Source of the DNA: a virus
IMG/VR virus record: IMGVR_UViG_3300037258_000282
Location: 88,590 to 152,589 of that record
Length of the DNA: 64,000 nucleotides
Direction: 5' to 3' (one strand)
Shown piece after piece: positions 38,769 through 47,543 of the stretch. The translations under genes were made by a program, and so were the position numbers. The notes below the pieces were generated by a model, which was given only the letters and a program-made list of their open reading frames with translations, did no database searches and was not told where the DNA came from. Within the stretch, counting starts at the first letter, position 1; each line of letters starts with the position of its first letter.

Positions 38769-38938
38769 GCTCGGCGTCACTAGAGAGCTATTATAAGACT
38801 TTATTCTCTCTGATGCAGCACCACAAGTGGGGTTCAATCGGAGAGATCGAGAGTATGATATTATTTGAAAGGGATCTTCTAGTAGATATGCTGATACAGT
38901 TTATCAAAGAAAAAGAAAGAGAGTTAGGGGAGCAATAG
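38756..38938 (+). CDS. gp51: gp51-like baseplate hub assembly catalyst, in the -1 frame of the gp26 end
   Basis: Missed by the track: YAALSSASLESYYKTLFSLMQHHKWGSIGEIESMILFERDLLVDMLIQFIKEKERELGEQ*. No ATG/GTG/TTG in frame before the conserved YYKTxFxL motif. Confidence 0.8.
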   Translation, partial: YAALSSASLESYYKTLFSLMQHHKWGSIGEIESMILFERDLLVDMLIQFIKEKERELGEQ

Positions 38939-41662
38939 TTGGCGTCACGACGTCCAAAAAGTATACTAAGTTCTATATTTCCAGAACTCACCGAAACCTC
39001 TAAGGAGGTGGCGCGCGAGGGGTTTGGCCATACTGTAGCTTCAGCGATCTTTCCATCTATCAGGTTCCATCGCTCACCCACACGCGCCACAGCGGCTCGC
39101 GAAAAGCCAAAAAAAGTCGTAGATAGAACCAGACAGACCGACGATGAGTTCAAGACGAATATCACGCTAGTAAAGCTAGCCCTAGACTCTATCTCTGCCT
39201 CTCAGAGAGAGGGAGCATTTATACTCAAGCAGGAGTTGAATCTAACAAAGAGGACTAACGCGCTCCTGGAATCTATACTAGCGAAGGGTGGTATTTCATC
39301 TAGTGGTTCTGGTTCTGGTGGAGGAGGCGGTCTACTTAGCGATCTAGGCACAGTAGCGGCTGGTATAGCCGGAGGTCTTGGGACAGTTAAAGGCGGACTA
39401 AAGTACGTCTCCGAAGGTATAACTAACATACTAAAGAAGGTCGGTCCAGCGACTGCCGAAAAAACAGTCGCAGAAGCTGGAGCGGGCGAAGGTTTGCTCG
39501 CGAAGTCCCTGAAGATAGGTAAAGGTATACCTCTTCTAGGCGACGCAATACAGGGAGCTATCTATGGTTACGAATCTGGGTCAGTTGGGGAAGGAATCGC
39601 TGCGGGATTTGGCTCGCTCGGTGGAAGACTCACGGGTGGCGCTGCTGGTTCGGCTGGAGGACCAGTTGGCGCACTTGTCGGTGAAGTCGGAGGCAGCCTC
39701 GCCGGCGCGGCCACGGGAGCAGATGCCTATAAGAAGACGAGGGATAACTATGAGTGGTCGTGGCTGAGGCTTCGCTGGGTACCTAAGAACTCTCCTCCAG
39801 ATCCCATGAGTCAGATACACTCCGGGGAGCACTGGGACTGGCTGAGACTGAGATGGGTTCCAAATGATGGCTCTACGACATTTAACCCTCTGGGAACTGG
39901 GATACCAAGTCAACCTAAGATCGGCCCGTCACTCAACGAAAAGAGCGTCAAGACTAGAGTTACTGATCTTCACTTCACAGCTAGAAAGATCACTCTTAAG
40001 ACCGATAAGTTAGTTCTAAACATCAAGGGTATGGGAAGTTCGACAACTCAGGCTCGAGCAGATTTCAGTACCGGAGGCGCTACTCCAGCATTTGGCGGTG
40101 GGTCTATCGGTACCGGAGGAACGTACGGACCGAGCACTCTAGGTCTCGGTGGTTCTACTAGTCCTATCACTGGAAATCTCTCTGGAGGTGGGACGCCTAG
40201 AGTACAATCTGCTCCAGGAGCTGGAAATACGTCAGTGGCCGGAGGTGGCGTTTCAGCTAAGGTAAGTTCAGCGACCGTAAGTCAGAACAAGCAGTATTTC
40301 CTCGACGCACTCAACAAGGGTGGAATAACCGATCCCCAGATGAGGGCCGCTATGGCGGCTGTAGCGGAAGGAGAGTCTCATTTTGGTCCGCACTCAGAGA
40401 CTGGATATCAGAATACATCTAATGCCCGCATCAGGTCTGTATTTGGAAGCAGGCTTTCAGGATACAGTGACGATCAGATCACTCAGCTAAAGAAAGACCA
40501 GCGAGCTTTTTTCAACGCCGTGTATGGTGGCAGGCTTGGTAATGCCTCAGACGATGGATATCAATATAGGGGGAGGGGATACTTTCAGCTCACCGGAAAG
40601 GGAAACTACGCTAAGTACGGTAAGATGATAGGGGTAGATCTAGTAAACAATCCAGATCTAGCCAACGATCCCCGGATAGCAGCCCGGATAGCGGTAGCAT
40701 ACATGAATGACAGATACGCCTCTGCTCCTGGATCTTCAGTCTATGAGAAGACCGCTCGAGCTGTAGGAAGAGCCGTCGCCTCGACTGAGGCAGTCAAGAT
40801 GGCCGCGTATGGTCGCTACATTAATTCCGGAGAGTTTGCCCCTGGAAAGATCGCTGATCTAAGCTTTGAAAGTAAGAGCCAGGGCGCTACTAGAGTTGGA
40901 AATGGATCAGTAAGCGCGGCGGTCGATTCAGTACTGAAGCTCAAGGGAAAAGACGACGCCCACGACGACGCCCTGCTTAAAAAATATATGTCTGATGGAG
41001 GTGTGGGCATGGATCCGCATGACTTAGCCTGGTGCGCCGCGACTGTAGACTCAGCTCTATCACAGCAGGGAATAAGAATTCCTAGACTTCCTAATGGAAG
41101 ACCAGACTTAATGGCAAGATCGTATGCCAACTGGGGAACCTCCGTAGAACCCAAGAATACTCAAAAGGGAGACGTCCTGGAGTTTAAGGATGGGTCTCAC
41201 GTTGGATTCGCTACGGGAAATACTAGGATAGGTCCCAACGGCCAGCCGCAGGTTGAACTACTGGCTGGAAATGAAAACGCCCACATGCCGGGCCTGCAGG
41301 GACCTGGACGCTCGCAAGTTGGAATGGTTAATACTAGGTTCGTAGACGCAGACCAAGTCAACATCCGAAGAGCGGGTGCTGAAGATCTTCCAACTCAAGA
41401 ACTCTTAGCCGCTGAGAGGCCGGCCCCACCTCCGGCACCAGGTATGTATGAGGATAGAAGTGATAGACTAGTGAAGTCAGCAGAGATTCACGATAAGAGA
41501 AATTCTTCTATACCTAGGGAGGATCTACATGATCGTCACTGGCCTATATCTCCAACTAAGCCGAAGAACCCGCATGATTCTAGTTATTTCGACGTCGCCC
41601 ACTTCTTCCCACACATCTATGACAAGTCCAAGAAAGACTCACCGTCGATTCAGGTAGCATAA
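38939..41662 (+). CDS. Tape-measure/hub-like virion protein with GH19 and CHAP/NlpC-like peptidoglycan hydrolase domains
   Basis: Gly/Ala-rich N-half; YGGRLGN..DGYQYRGRGYFQLTGKGNY (GH19); AWCAATV...GDVL...SHVGF...LAGNE (Cys-His peptidase). Confidence 0.75.
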   Translation: MASRRPKSILSSIFPELTETSKEVAREGFGHTVASAIFPSIRFHRSPTRATAAREKPKKVVDRTRQTDDEFKTNITLVKLALDSISASQREGAFILKQELNLTKRTNALLESILAKGGISSSGSGSGGGGGLLSDLGTVAAGIAGGLGTVKGGLKYVSEGITNILKKVGPATAEKTVAEAGAGEGLLAKSLKIGKGIPLLGDAIQGAIYGYESGSVGEGIAAGFGSLGGRLTGGAAGSAGGPVGALVGEVGGSLAGAATGADAYKKTRDNYEWSWLRLRWVPKNSPPDPMSQIHSGEHWDWLRLRWVPNDGSTTFNPLGTGIPSQPKIGPSLNEKSVKTRVTDLHFTARKITLKTDKLVLNIKGMGSSTTQARADFSTGGATPAFGGGSIGTGGTYGPSTLGLGGSTSPITGNLSGGGTPRVQSAPGAGNTSVAGGGVSAKVSSATVSQNKQYFLDALNKGGITDPQMRAAMAAVAEGESHFGPHSETGYQNTSNARIRSVFGSRLSGYSDDQITQLKKDQRAFFNAVYGGRLGNASDDGYQYRGRGYFQLTGKGNYAKYGKMIGVDLVNNPDLANDPRIAARIAVAYMNDRYASAPGSSVYEKTARAVGRAVASTEAVKMAAYGRYINSGEFAPGKIADLSFESKSQGATRVGNGSVSAAVDSVLKLKGKDDAHDDALLKKYMSDGGVGMDPHDLAWCAATVDSALSQQGIRIPRLPNGRPDLMARSYANWGTSVEPKNTQKGDVLEFKDGSHVGFATGNTRIGPNGQPQVELLAGNENAHMPGLQGPGRSQVGMVNTRFVDADQVNIRRAGAEDLPTQELLAAERPAPPPAPGMYEDRSDRLVKSAEIHDKRNSSIPREDLHDRHWPISPTKPKNPHDSSYFDVAHFFPHIYDKSKKDSPSIQVA

Positions 41663-41663
41663 T

Positions 41664-43154
41664 ATGGTATCACTATCTGATATAGGTAGATCTATAGGAT
41701 CTGGAGCCGCGAGAATCACGTCGGCTGGGGCTCGCGCGCTATTTCCATCTATGTTTGGTAGATCTCCACTAGACGCCGCTGACATTAGTCAGGAAGATCC
41801 AAAAGAAAGTGATGACGCGCCGAAGAAGGGATCGATCGTATCAAAGATCGACAGATTATCGGCCTCGACTCTTCAGACTAACTATATACTGAAAAAACAA
41901 CTAGACCTTATAGGAAAGCAGAACCAGATACTCTCGGTCATCAGAGCAAATTCAGGATCTGGATCGGGACTCGGGTGGTTGAACAGTATTCTAGCTATGG
42001 CCGTCGGCATAGGAACGGCCTTCGGAGGAAAGTATATATTTGATAAGCTATCTGGTAAAGTCGTCGACGCGTCCCCCAAGAAGCGTGAGATAAGACAGGA
42101 GAAGTCTTATACTTCAGTGCCGCCCGCGGCGCGCCAGCATACTCCCACACAGACACCGATGGAGAGGATGCCGAGCAGTCCAGAGCCGACGACATCTGTT
42201 CCAGAGACTCACACTAGAGTCGTTAACTCTACAGATCAAGTGGGAAATAGCGACAAGAGCCTAAACTTCAGCGCAGACACGATAACCCTCGATGCTAAGG
42301 ATGAGTTCGATCTTGAGGTAGGCGACGTTGAGCTCGCGAACAACGCTACGCCGATCTCAACTCAAGTGTCTAGGTTTGTCGCGCCAGCGACTCCAGCGAC
42401 TCCAGCGCCGGCGACGCCATCTAAGAGTACTCAGCCAACTTTACAAGAAAAGCCTGCCCCATCAGCGCCGGCTTCACCACCAGACGCGTCAGAGAAAAAG
42501 GCGGCGACTCAGCAGAAGAATCTTCCTAGTTCAAGTGATGTTACCAGTCCCGAGAGCTCATCTCTATGGCAGCCGCAGGCCAGCGGAGGACCCTCTCCTG
42601 GACCATCACCAGCTCCCTCTGGGGCACCCTCTAGAGGAATAACACCACCTCCAAACGATGCTCCCCAGAAGGCTCCCGCTATCGTTCAGAAAGGAACTCC
42701 TTCTGTTTCCCCACAGACTGCCACTCCGGCGATCGACTCAGGTCAGTCGACTCCTCTCGTTCCCAACTCGCAGTCTCGAATCCAGCGATCTCCGGAAGTA
42801 GTTCCAGCTCCTCCCATGGAAGGGGCTCAACAGCAGAGATCTACTCATCACCTGCAGATGCCTCCGCGGGCCAGATTCAATTTATATTCTCCCATGGCCG
42901 ATAGACCAGTAGCGCCAGATCTCAGAGAGATCGACCAACCAAATGCCGATATAGTTCAGAGAGTAAGACCCTCTCCGCCACCTATATTCTTAAAGAAAAG
43001 AGAGAGCGCGAGAGAGAAAGATAGAGCTAGAGAGATCTCTAGTCCCACAAGCGAACATAAGTACACCCAGATGGTGGCTAAGATGAATGAGAGTAAGAGA
43101 GATAAGACTATGAATCCTAACTCACACGCGCTGCTGGATGCGCTGGTGACATGA
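41664..43154 (+). CDS. Pro-rich hypothetical protein, partly paralogous to the preceding gene
   Basis: Shares N-terminal blocks with 38939..41662; one hydrophobic segment; PT/PA-rich linker. Confidence 0.7.
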   Translation: MVSLSDIGRSIGSGAARITSAGARALFPSMFGRSPLDAADISQEDPKESDDAPKKGSIVSKIDRLSASTLQTNYILKKQLDLIGKQNQILSVIRANSGSGSGLGWLNSILAMAVGIGTAFGGKYIFDKLSGKVVDASPKKREIRQEKSYTSVPPAARQHTPTQTPMERMPSSPEPTTSVPETHTRVVNSTDQVGNSDKSLNFSADTITLDAKDEFDLEVGDVELANNATPISTQVSRFVAPATPATPAPATPSKSTQPTLQEKPAPSAPASPPDASEKKAATQQKNLPSSSDVTSPESSSLWQPQASGGPSPGPSPAPSGAPSRGITPPPNDAPQKAPAIVQKGTPSVSPQTATPAIDSGQSTPLVPNSQSRIQRSPEVVPAPPMEGAQQQRSTHHLQMPPRARFNLYSPMADRPVAPDLREIDQPNADIVQRVRPSPPPIFLKKRESAREKDRAREISSPTSEHKYTQMVAKMNESKRDKTMNPNSHALLDALVT

Positions 43155-43456
43155 GCGATCAAGATACTAAGCCATCCACTCGCGATAGTTCTTCCGTCAA
43201 TGTAGACGATCAAAGTTGGTTCAAGAACCACTGGCGTCCGGCTATGGCGTGGCTCTATATGCTCATATGCCTCAACGACTTCGTGATATTTCCGTGGGTC
43301 TCTATGCTGATACCCGTGTTCGTGAAGGGAGCCGTATACATACCATGGATGCCGGTTACGCTCCATGAGGGTGGATTCATCCACATAACCTTTGGGGCTA
43401 TCCTAGGAATTACGGCGTGGACGAAGGGACAAGTTGAGAGAATAAACGCTAGTTAA
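43151..43456 (+). CDS. Putative holin / small membrane protein
   Basis: WRPAMAWLY...DFVIFP, FHI-like GFIHITFGAILGITAW; two transmembrane segments. Confidence 0.65.
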   Translation: MSDQDTKPSTRDSSSVNVDDQSWFKNHWRPAMAWLYMLICLNDFVIFPWVSMLIPVFVKGAVYIPWMPVTLHEGGFIHITFGAILGITAWTKGQVERINAS

Positions 43457-43483
43457 AAAAAGAGGGGCCGAAGCCCCTCTTTT
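43455..43483. terminator. Bidirectional intrinsic terminator
   Basis: AAAAAAAGAGGGGC-CGAA-GCCCCTCTTTT between convergent genes. Confidence 0.9.
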
Positions 43484-43504
43484 CCTATCATTCTCTGCGA
43501 CGCG

Positions 43505-44455
43505 TCATATCTTATTCGCGAGACTCTTGAAGTACTCTAGAGTCTCCCCGTCGTCTTCACCAGAGTCGTCAGTCTGCAGCGACGGAGACTCCACCTTCTC
43601 GTCGTCCCTAGCCTCTTCGGTCTTTCGAGACTTCGATGAAGAATGCTCAATCGCCTCACGAGCGGCACTCTTGGTCTCGTTCTCACCCTTCCATGGGTCG
43701 TCAGTTCCATCCTCGAGAACTGTCGCGAGCTTAAGCTTGAGCTCTTGATAGGTCTTGAAGTGCTTGCGATTCAATAGGTCCTGAAGTGAGTAGCAGGTCC
43801 TCCAGATGGTCTCGATCTCTTCGTCAGTCTTGGCGATCTGAGAGGGCTTCATGAACTCAGACTTATCGTAATTCCTATAACCCTCGTGATTACGAACTTT
43901 GAGCTTGAAGTTAGCTCCCTCCCAGAGGTCGAAGGCGTTGAACGCCTCTTCATCCGCGAACTGAGGCTGAGTCGTCTCGGACAACTTGTCGAAGATCTTC
44001 TTTCCGTACTTAAACAGAAAGACCTTCCCGTTGTTGTCAGGCTTAGCCGGATCGTCGACTACCAGGATGTTTGAGTAGAAGTGAAGTCGCCTCTTCTGCT
44101 TCCTGGCGATCTCCTTGTTGGACTCTAAGTTAGTGTTCCAGAGCTTAGAGTTAAGCTCTGAGAGAGGATCCTTCTCTCCCTCAAAAGTGGTCAGCGACTT
44201 TTCAATGTACCACTTGCCGGTCGGTCCCTGGAATCCATGGTCGTATATCCTGACGAATGGAACGTTCTCTCCGGGAGGGGCCGCGAGGAAGCGAATTATG
44301 GCATAGCCATTTCCTGCCTTATCGACGGTCGGGATCCAGAATCTCTCGTCTGGCCCGTTGTCGTACTTTTGGTTCATCTTGGTCATCTCGGCAGAGATAG
44401 TCTCAATGGACCTCTTACCTGAATTTGCCTTGAGCTTTGCAAAGTCTATTGTCAT
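43505..44455 (-). CDS. gp32: Single-stranded DNA-binding protein
   Basis: DERFWIPTVDKAGNGYAIIRFL, HGFQGPTGKWYIEKSLTT, GANFKLK, YRNYDKSEF, acidic tail. Confidence 0.96.
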   Translation of the reverse strand: MTIDFAKLKANSGKRSIETISAEMTKMNQKYDNGPDERFWIPTVDKAGNGYAIIRFLAAPPGENVPFVRIYDHGFQGPTGKWYIEKSLTTFEGEKDPLSELNSKLWNTNLESNKEIARKQKRRLHFYSNILVVDDPAKPDNNGKVFLFKYGKKIFDKLSETTQPQFADEEAFNAFDLWEGANFKLKVRNHEGYRNYDKSEFMKPSQIAKTDEEIETIWRTCYSLQDLLNRKHFKTYQELKLKLATVLEDGTDDPWKGENETKSAAREAIEHSSSKSRKTEEARDDEKVESPSLQTDDSGEDDGETLEYFKSLANKI

Positions 44456-44527
44456 GTACTCTTAGATTTCCTTTTATGTTGCAATGTTTACACTTGTTTT
44501 GATGTAGGCCACGTATAACGCCTAATC

Positions 44528-44535
44528 TATTTATC
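44528..44535 (-). promoter_or_regulatory. Late promoter variant GATAAATA upstream of gp32
   Basis: Intergenic between gp59 and gp32. Confidence 0.5.
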
Positions 44536-44543
44536 AAACTATA

Positions 44544-45122
44544 TCACATAACTTCAAAAGAGTCAAGGATAATCTGTCTAAACTTGTGAGCGTCGTACTC
44601 GATAAATGGAGTATACTTTTTAATCATAAAGCTTAAGTCACTCCACACGACGTCGTCAACTAGAACTTTATTCCAGTTCTTCCACGCGCCGGTAAGTTGG
44701 AGAAGTATCGCTACTGTGTCTATCGACACCTTCGAAGCTATATAGTCGATCAGTAGGATCGGATACTGCTGGCCTCCCTGAAACGTCAGATTTTTATCGA
44801 ATATTGGATGCAGTATCTTAAGCTCTTGAGAGAAGAAGTAGGTTAAAGCCTCGCGCCTCTTCATCCACTTCTTATAGATTATCTCTCCGTGCTCATTGAG
44901 CGCGTCTCTAATATAGAGATTTGGGTTCATCACTAGGTTTGATACTAGAAAGTTCTTAGGATCCTGGTGCCTTGAGAGCTTCTCAAACCAATATCTGTCT
45001 TTTCGAGCTAAGAAACTGTTGACTGAGATCCTCGTCTTACCGCCATACTTGAAGTAGTCGTAGTCCGAAGTGAAGTGCTGCTTAAGTGACTGGTAGAGCG
45101 TGAATGCGTTATACGGTGTCAT
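44544..45122 (-). CDS. gp59: Helicase loader
   Basis: MTPYNAFTLYQSLKQHFTSDYDYFKYGGK...RKDRYWFEKL...KKYTPF; start at 45122. Confidence 0.9.
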   Translation of the reverse strand: MTPYNAFTLYQSLKQHFTSDYDYFKYGGKTRISVNSFLARKDRYWFEKLSRHQDPKNFLVSNLVMNPNLYIRDALNEHGEIIYKKWMKRREALTYFFSQELKILHPIFDKNLTFQGGQQYPILLIDYIASKVSIDTVAILLQLTGAWKNWNKVLVDDVVWSDLSFMIKKYTPFIEYDAHKFRQIILDSFEVM

Positions 45123-45555
45123 CCTGCATAGCTCTCTCAAAGCGGGCATAGAGGCCGACCGCCTTACCATAGGCCTCGATCTCCCAGGGGAGGTCCCAAT
45201 AGTCCATACTATCAATATTGTAGCTGCGCCCATCAAATGACGACCTTGAGCTAGATAGGTCGCGCAGGCGTCCCGAGACGTGCTGAGCTGCGTGGGTCAT
45301 TTCATGAGCTATTAACTCTAGAAGAATCCTCTTCTTCTTGATATTCTTAGAGAGGCATATCGTATACTCATACTTTGAGTCTCTACCAATGTCGGCCTCT
45401 TCCTCGGCTCTGTCGCCGAAGTGAATAAACTCAAAGTATATGTGAAGTTTCTTCCTCACGCTCTTGGTGAAGAGGATGTCTGCGTAAAAATTAATCGCAG
45501 AGCGTAGATCTGACTCGTTCCACCTCTTTGGAACGTTCTTAAAGTACAGATGCAT
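45109..45555 (-). CDS. Zincin-like (HExxH) metallopeptidase
   Basis: IAHEMTHAAQ, YWDLPWEIEAY. Confidence 0.8.
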   Translation of the reverse strand: MHLYFKNVPKRWNESDLRSAINFYADILFTKSVRKKLHIYFEFIHFGDRAEEEADIGRDSKYEYTICLSKNIKKKRILLELIAHEMTHAAQHVSGRLRDLSSSRSSFDGRSYNIDSMDYWDLPWEIEAYGKAVGLYARFERAMQDDTV

Positions 45556-45558
45556 AGA

Positions 45559-45777
45559 TTATACCGGAAGTCTTGCGGTCTTCTTTAATATGTTCAGATC
45601 TTCAGCCTCGACCTGAATCCGCGCCTTCAAGCCCGAGTCTCTCTTGACTAACTGAGCGAGTAGCTCTATGTCTATCTCATTTTTTTCAGAAAATAGAACT
45701 ACGGCATCTATGACACCGATATTCTTGGAGGCGGCGAGCTTGGTTATCTCGTCTATCACAGAACTCTTATCGAACAA
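45559..45777 (-). CDS. gp33: Late transcription coactivator
   Basis: IDAVV.FSEKNEIDIE, LKARIQVEAEDLNILKKTARLPV; located near gp59. Confidence 0.85.
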   Translation of the reverse strand: MFDKSSVIDEITKLAASKNIGVIDAVVLFSEKNEIDIELLAQLVKRDSGLKARIQVEAEDLNILKKTARLPV

Positions 45778-45795
45778 TGTAATTTCCGGTAAGTG

Positions 45796-45870
45796 TGGTA
45801 GGCGTACAGTGAGTCGAACACTGATAAAACCTGTTATGAGCAGGTGGCATTACCATTATGCTATACGCCT
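45796..45870 (-). tRNA. tRNA with CAT anticodon (Met elongator or Ile2)
   Basis: AGGCGTA/TACGCCT acceptor stem, CCTG-CTCATAA-CAGG anticodon arm, TTCGACT T-loop, encoded ACCA. Confidence 0.9.
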
Positions 45871-45878
45871 GTAATTCT

Positions 45879-45907
45879 ACGATATCACGGATGGTGAGGT
45901 ATGTCAA
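45879..45907 (-). promoter_or_regulatory. sigma70-like promoter for tRNA(CAT)/gp33/gp59
   Basis: TTGACA-N17-TATCGT with TG at the extended -10 position. Confidence 0.65.
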
Positions 45908-45952
45908 CGACAGGTGACTTTACAGAATGTAACCGATAGTTGACATGTATCG

Positions 45953-46034
45953 TGGAGCCTCAGACAGGGATCGAACCTGCATTTGCAACTCCTTTACGGA
46001 TAACGGGGTAGAAACCCGAACCGGTTACTGAGGC
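45953..46034 (-). tRNA. Atypical D-arm-less tRNA-like RNA, anticodon TCT (Arg)
   Basis: GCCTCAG/CTGAGGC acceptor stem plus TCCA; T-arm GCAGG-TTCGATC-CCTGT; CGGG-TTTCTAC-CCCG arm; only about 9 nt where the D-arm should be; about 23-nt variable region. Confidence 0.7.
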
Positions 46035-46078
46035 GATATCTCATACATAGCGTTCACTTCGAGACTTAGTCACTTATC

Positions 46079-46405
46079 CTAGTGACTAAACTGAAGTGGA
46101 GGCTTTGGAGCAGACCTCGGCTTGAATATATCAGAGGTCTTGAACTCAGGAGCGTGAGTCGGCGTCGAGTTAGTGGTCTCGATAGTCGCTATCTCTGCCT
46201 TAAGTGCGGTCTCTCTAGTCTCCAGAGCCTCGAGTTCTTTCTCAACTCTCGCGGCTAGTGTGGTGAAGTTGTCGGTGGGAGTATTCGCTACCGACGCGTT
46301 GGCTACCGCAGAGACAGTGGTGTTCGCGACCTGCTCGACCAGTCTTGGGCGCTCCGCGCCCTCTGGAGTGCGCGGAGCGGTCCTCTGAATGCGCTGAAGA
46401 GGCAC
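46079..46405 (-). CDS. Hypothetical coiled-coil protein
   Basis: GTG start directly after the upstream stop; central heptad region. Confidence 0.6.
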   Translation of the reverse strand: MPLQRIQRTAPRTPEGAERPRLVEQVANTTVSAVANASVANTPTDNFTTLAARVEKELEALETRETALKAEIATIETTNSTPTHAPEFKTSDIFKPRSAPKPPLQFSH

Positions 46406-46406
46406 G

Positions 46407-46742
46407 TCAGATCTTCTTGATCTCGCCTACCACGTCCGAAGCCGCGGTCTCGATTCCAGTCAGGATCTTGGACCCAACGCTCTCGACGACCGGAGCAGCT
46501 GGCGATGCCGCCGCTGCCGCTACCACCGCAGTCGCGGTGGAAGTTACCGTCGATACTGCCGCATTCGCCGCGGCTAGAGTCGTTGGATTCATGACGGCCT
46601 TCTCAGCAGACTTGACGTCGTTTGACACGGCAAGACCGATTCCACCGAGCTCAGTGTTGACGCTCGGCTGCCACCAATTCATCTTGTAGCCGACGAACGC
46701 GATCACGCATACTAATACTAACAACCAGAAAATAACTGCCAT
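46407..46742 (-). CDS. Hypothetical membrane-anchored Ala-rich protein
   Basis: N-terminal transmembrane helix; strong GGAGG SD. Confidence 0.7.
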   Translation of the reverse strand: MAVIFWLLVLVCVIAFVGYKMNWWQPSVNTELGGIGLAVSNDVKSAEKAVMNPTTLAAANAAVSTVTSTATAVVAAAAASPAAPVVESVGSKILTGIETAASDVVGEIKKI

Positions 46743-46760
46743 AGATCTCTCCTCCTAGAC

Positions 46761-46799
46761 AAAAAAGACGCGGATTTTGTTGTTTCCGAGAAAATCCGC
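46761..46799 (-). terminator. Terminator / 3' hairpin of tmRNA
   Basis: GCGGATTTT...AAAATCCGC stem followed by a T6 run on the minus strand. Confidence 0.75.
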
Positions 46800-47012
46800 A
46801 AACTCAGCGAGGGTTACGCCGCTAGGCGGGCCTCACAGGCGAAGTTGTCGTTCGCATTTAACTACGATAGGTCTCTCAACGGGAGCCATCAACGCCAGTC
46901 GATCCTATTTCGCCCCCAGCAGAAGAGAACCCTTAGATTCTCTCGTGGTGGAGGCGCCGGGTACTGCCCCCGGGTCCTTGCGCCTATCTCGTCGTATCAA
47001 CGATTCCCATCA
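46764..47012 (-). ncRNA. ssrA: Permuted two-piece tmRNA (alphaproteobacterial type); tag ANDNFACEARLAA
   Basis: Acceptor piece GACCCGGGGGCAGTACCCGGCGCCTCCACCA ends at 46946. A 28-nt intervening segment follows. The coding piece starts GGGGGCGAAATAGGATCGAC at 46917 (G3-U wobble). Tag frame 46855-46814. Outer ends approximate. Confidence 0.93.
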
Positions 47013-47018
47013 TATCGA

Positions 47019-47026
47019 TATTTATA
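47019..47026 (-). promoter_or_regulatory. T4-type late promoter driving tmRNA
   Basis: Exact TATAAATA immediately upstream of the tmRNA acceptor piece. Confidence 0.75.
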
Positions 47027-47065
47027 TATCTAATCTGGGACCGCGACAATAGAAAAAAATAGAAG

Positions 47066-47533
47066 TCAGTACGTATCTGGCTCAGACTGCTTCTTCTGAG
47101 CCGGCGCTTCGGCACCGCCGTGCTCCCTTAGGGACTTCATCACCTGCTCGATATAGCCAAATAGCTTGGCCGTAGTTACCGGGCTTACAGACATATCGAC
47201 CAGCGACGTGTCTGCTCTGATGCATATCTTCTTGATCTTGTCGTATTCAGTCTCTGCAGTAGAGCTTAGTAGTCCCGGATCGTACGACTCGTACTCCACG
47301 CTAAGGAGCTCATGGCTTACTGGGTTTATCCATACCTCTACGATCTTGGTCTTGTCAGAGAGCTCGCCTCCGCGAAACAACTTCGCGAAGCCACCGGCAG
47401 CAATATCTTGTGCGAACTTGCTGGCGTCAGTATTACATAGCTGCTGCTTTGAATCAAGTCCGTAGGCCGGAGTCATCAGCATCAGCGCCGCGAGAGTCGC
47501 GATTCCGATCTTTTTAGTATTCATGTCTATCAC
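47066..47533 (-). CDS. Hypothetical secreted/periplasmic protein
   Basis: Signal peptide KKIGIATLAALMLMTPAYG; two Cys. Confidence 0.7.
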   Translation of the reverse strand: MIDMNTKKIGIATLAALMLMTPAYGLDSKQQLCNTDASKFAQDIAAGGFAKLFRGGELSDKTKIVEVWINPVSHELLSVEYESYDPGLLSSTAETEYDKIKKICIRADTSLVDMSVSPVTTAKLFGYIEQVMKSLREHGGAEAPAQKKQSEPDTY

Positions 47534-47543
47534 CTCTTCTGTG

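Noticed and set aside
45953-46034. Amber suppressor (CTA anticodon) and stop-codon recoding
   Set aside because: The 7-nt loop TTTCTAC places TCT at 34-36. Conserved genes are not interrupted by TAG, and TAG ends several genes normally.
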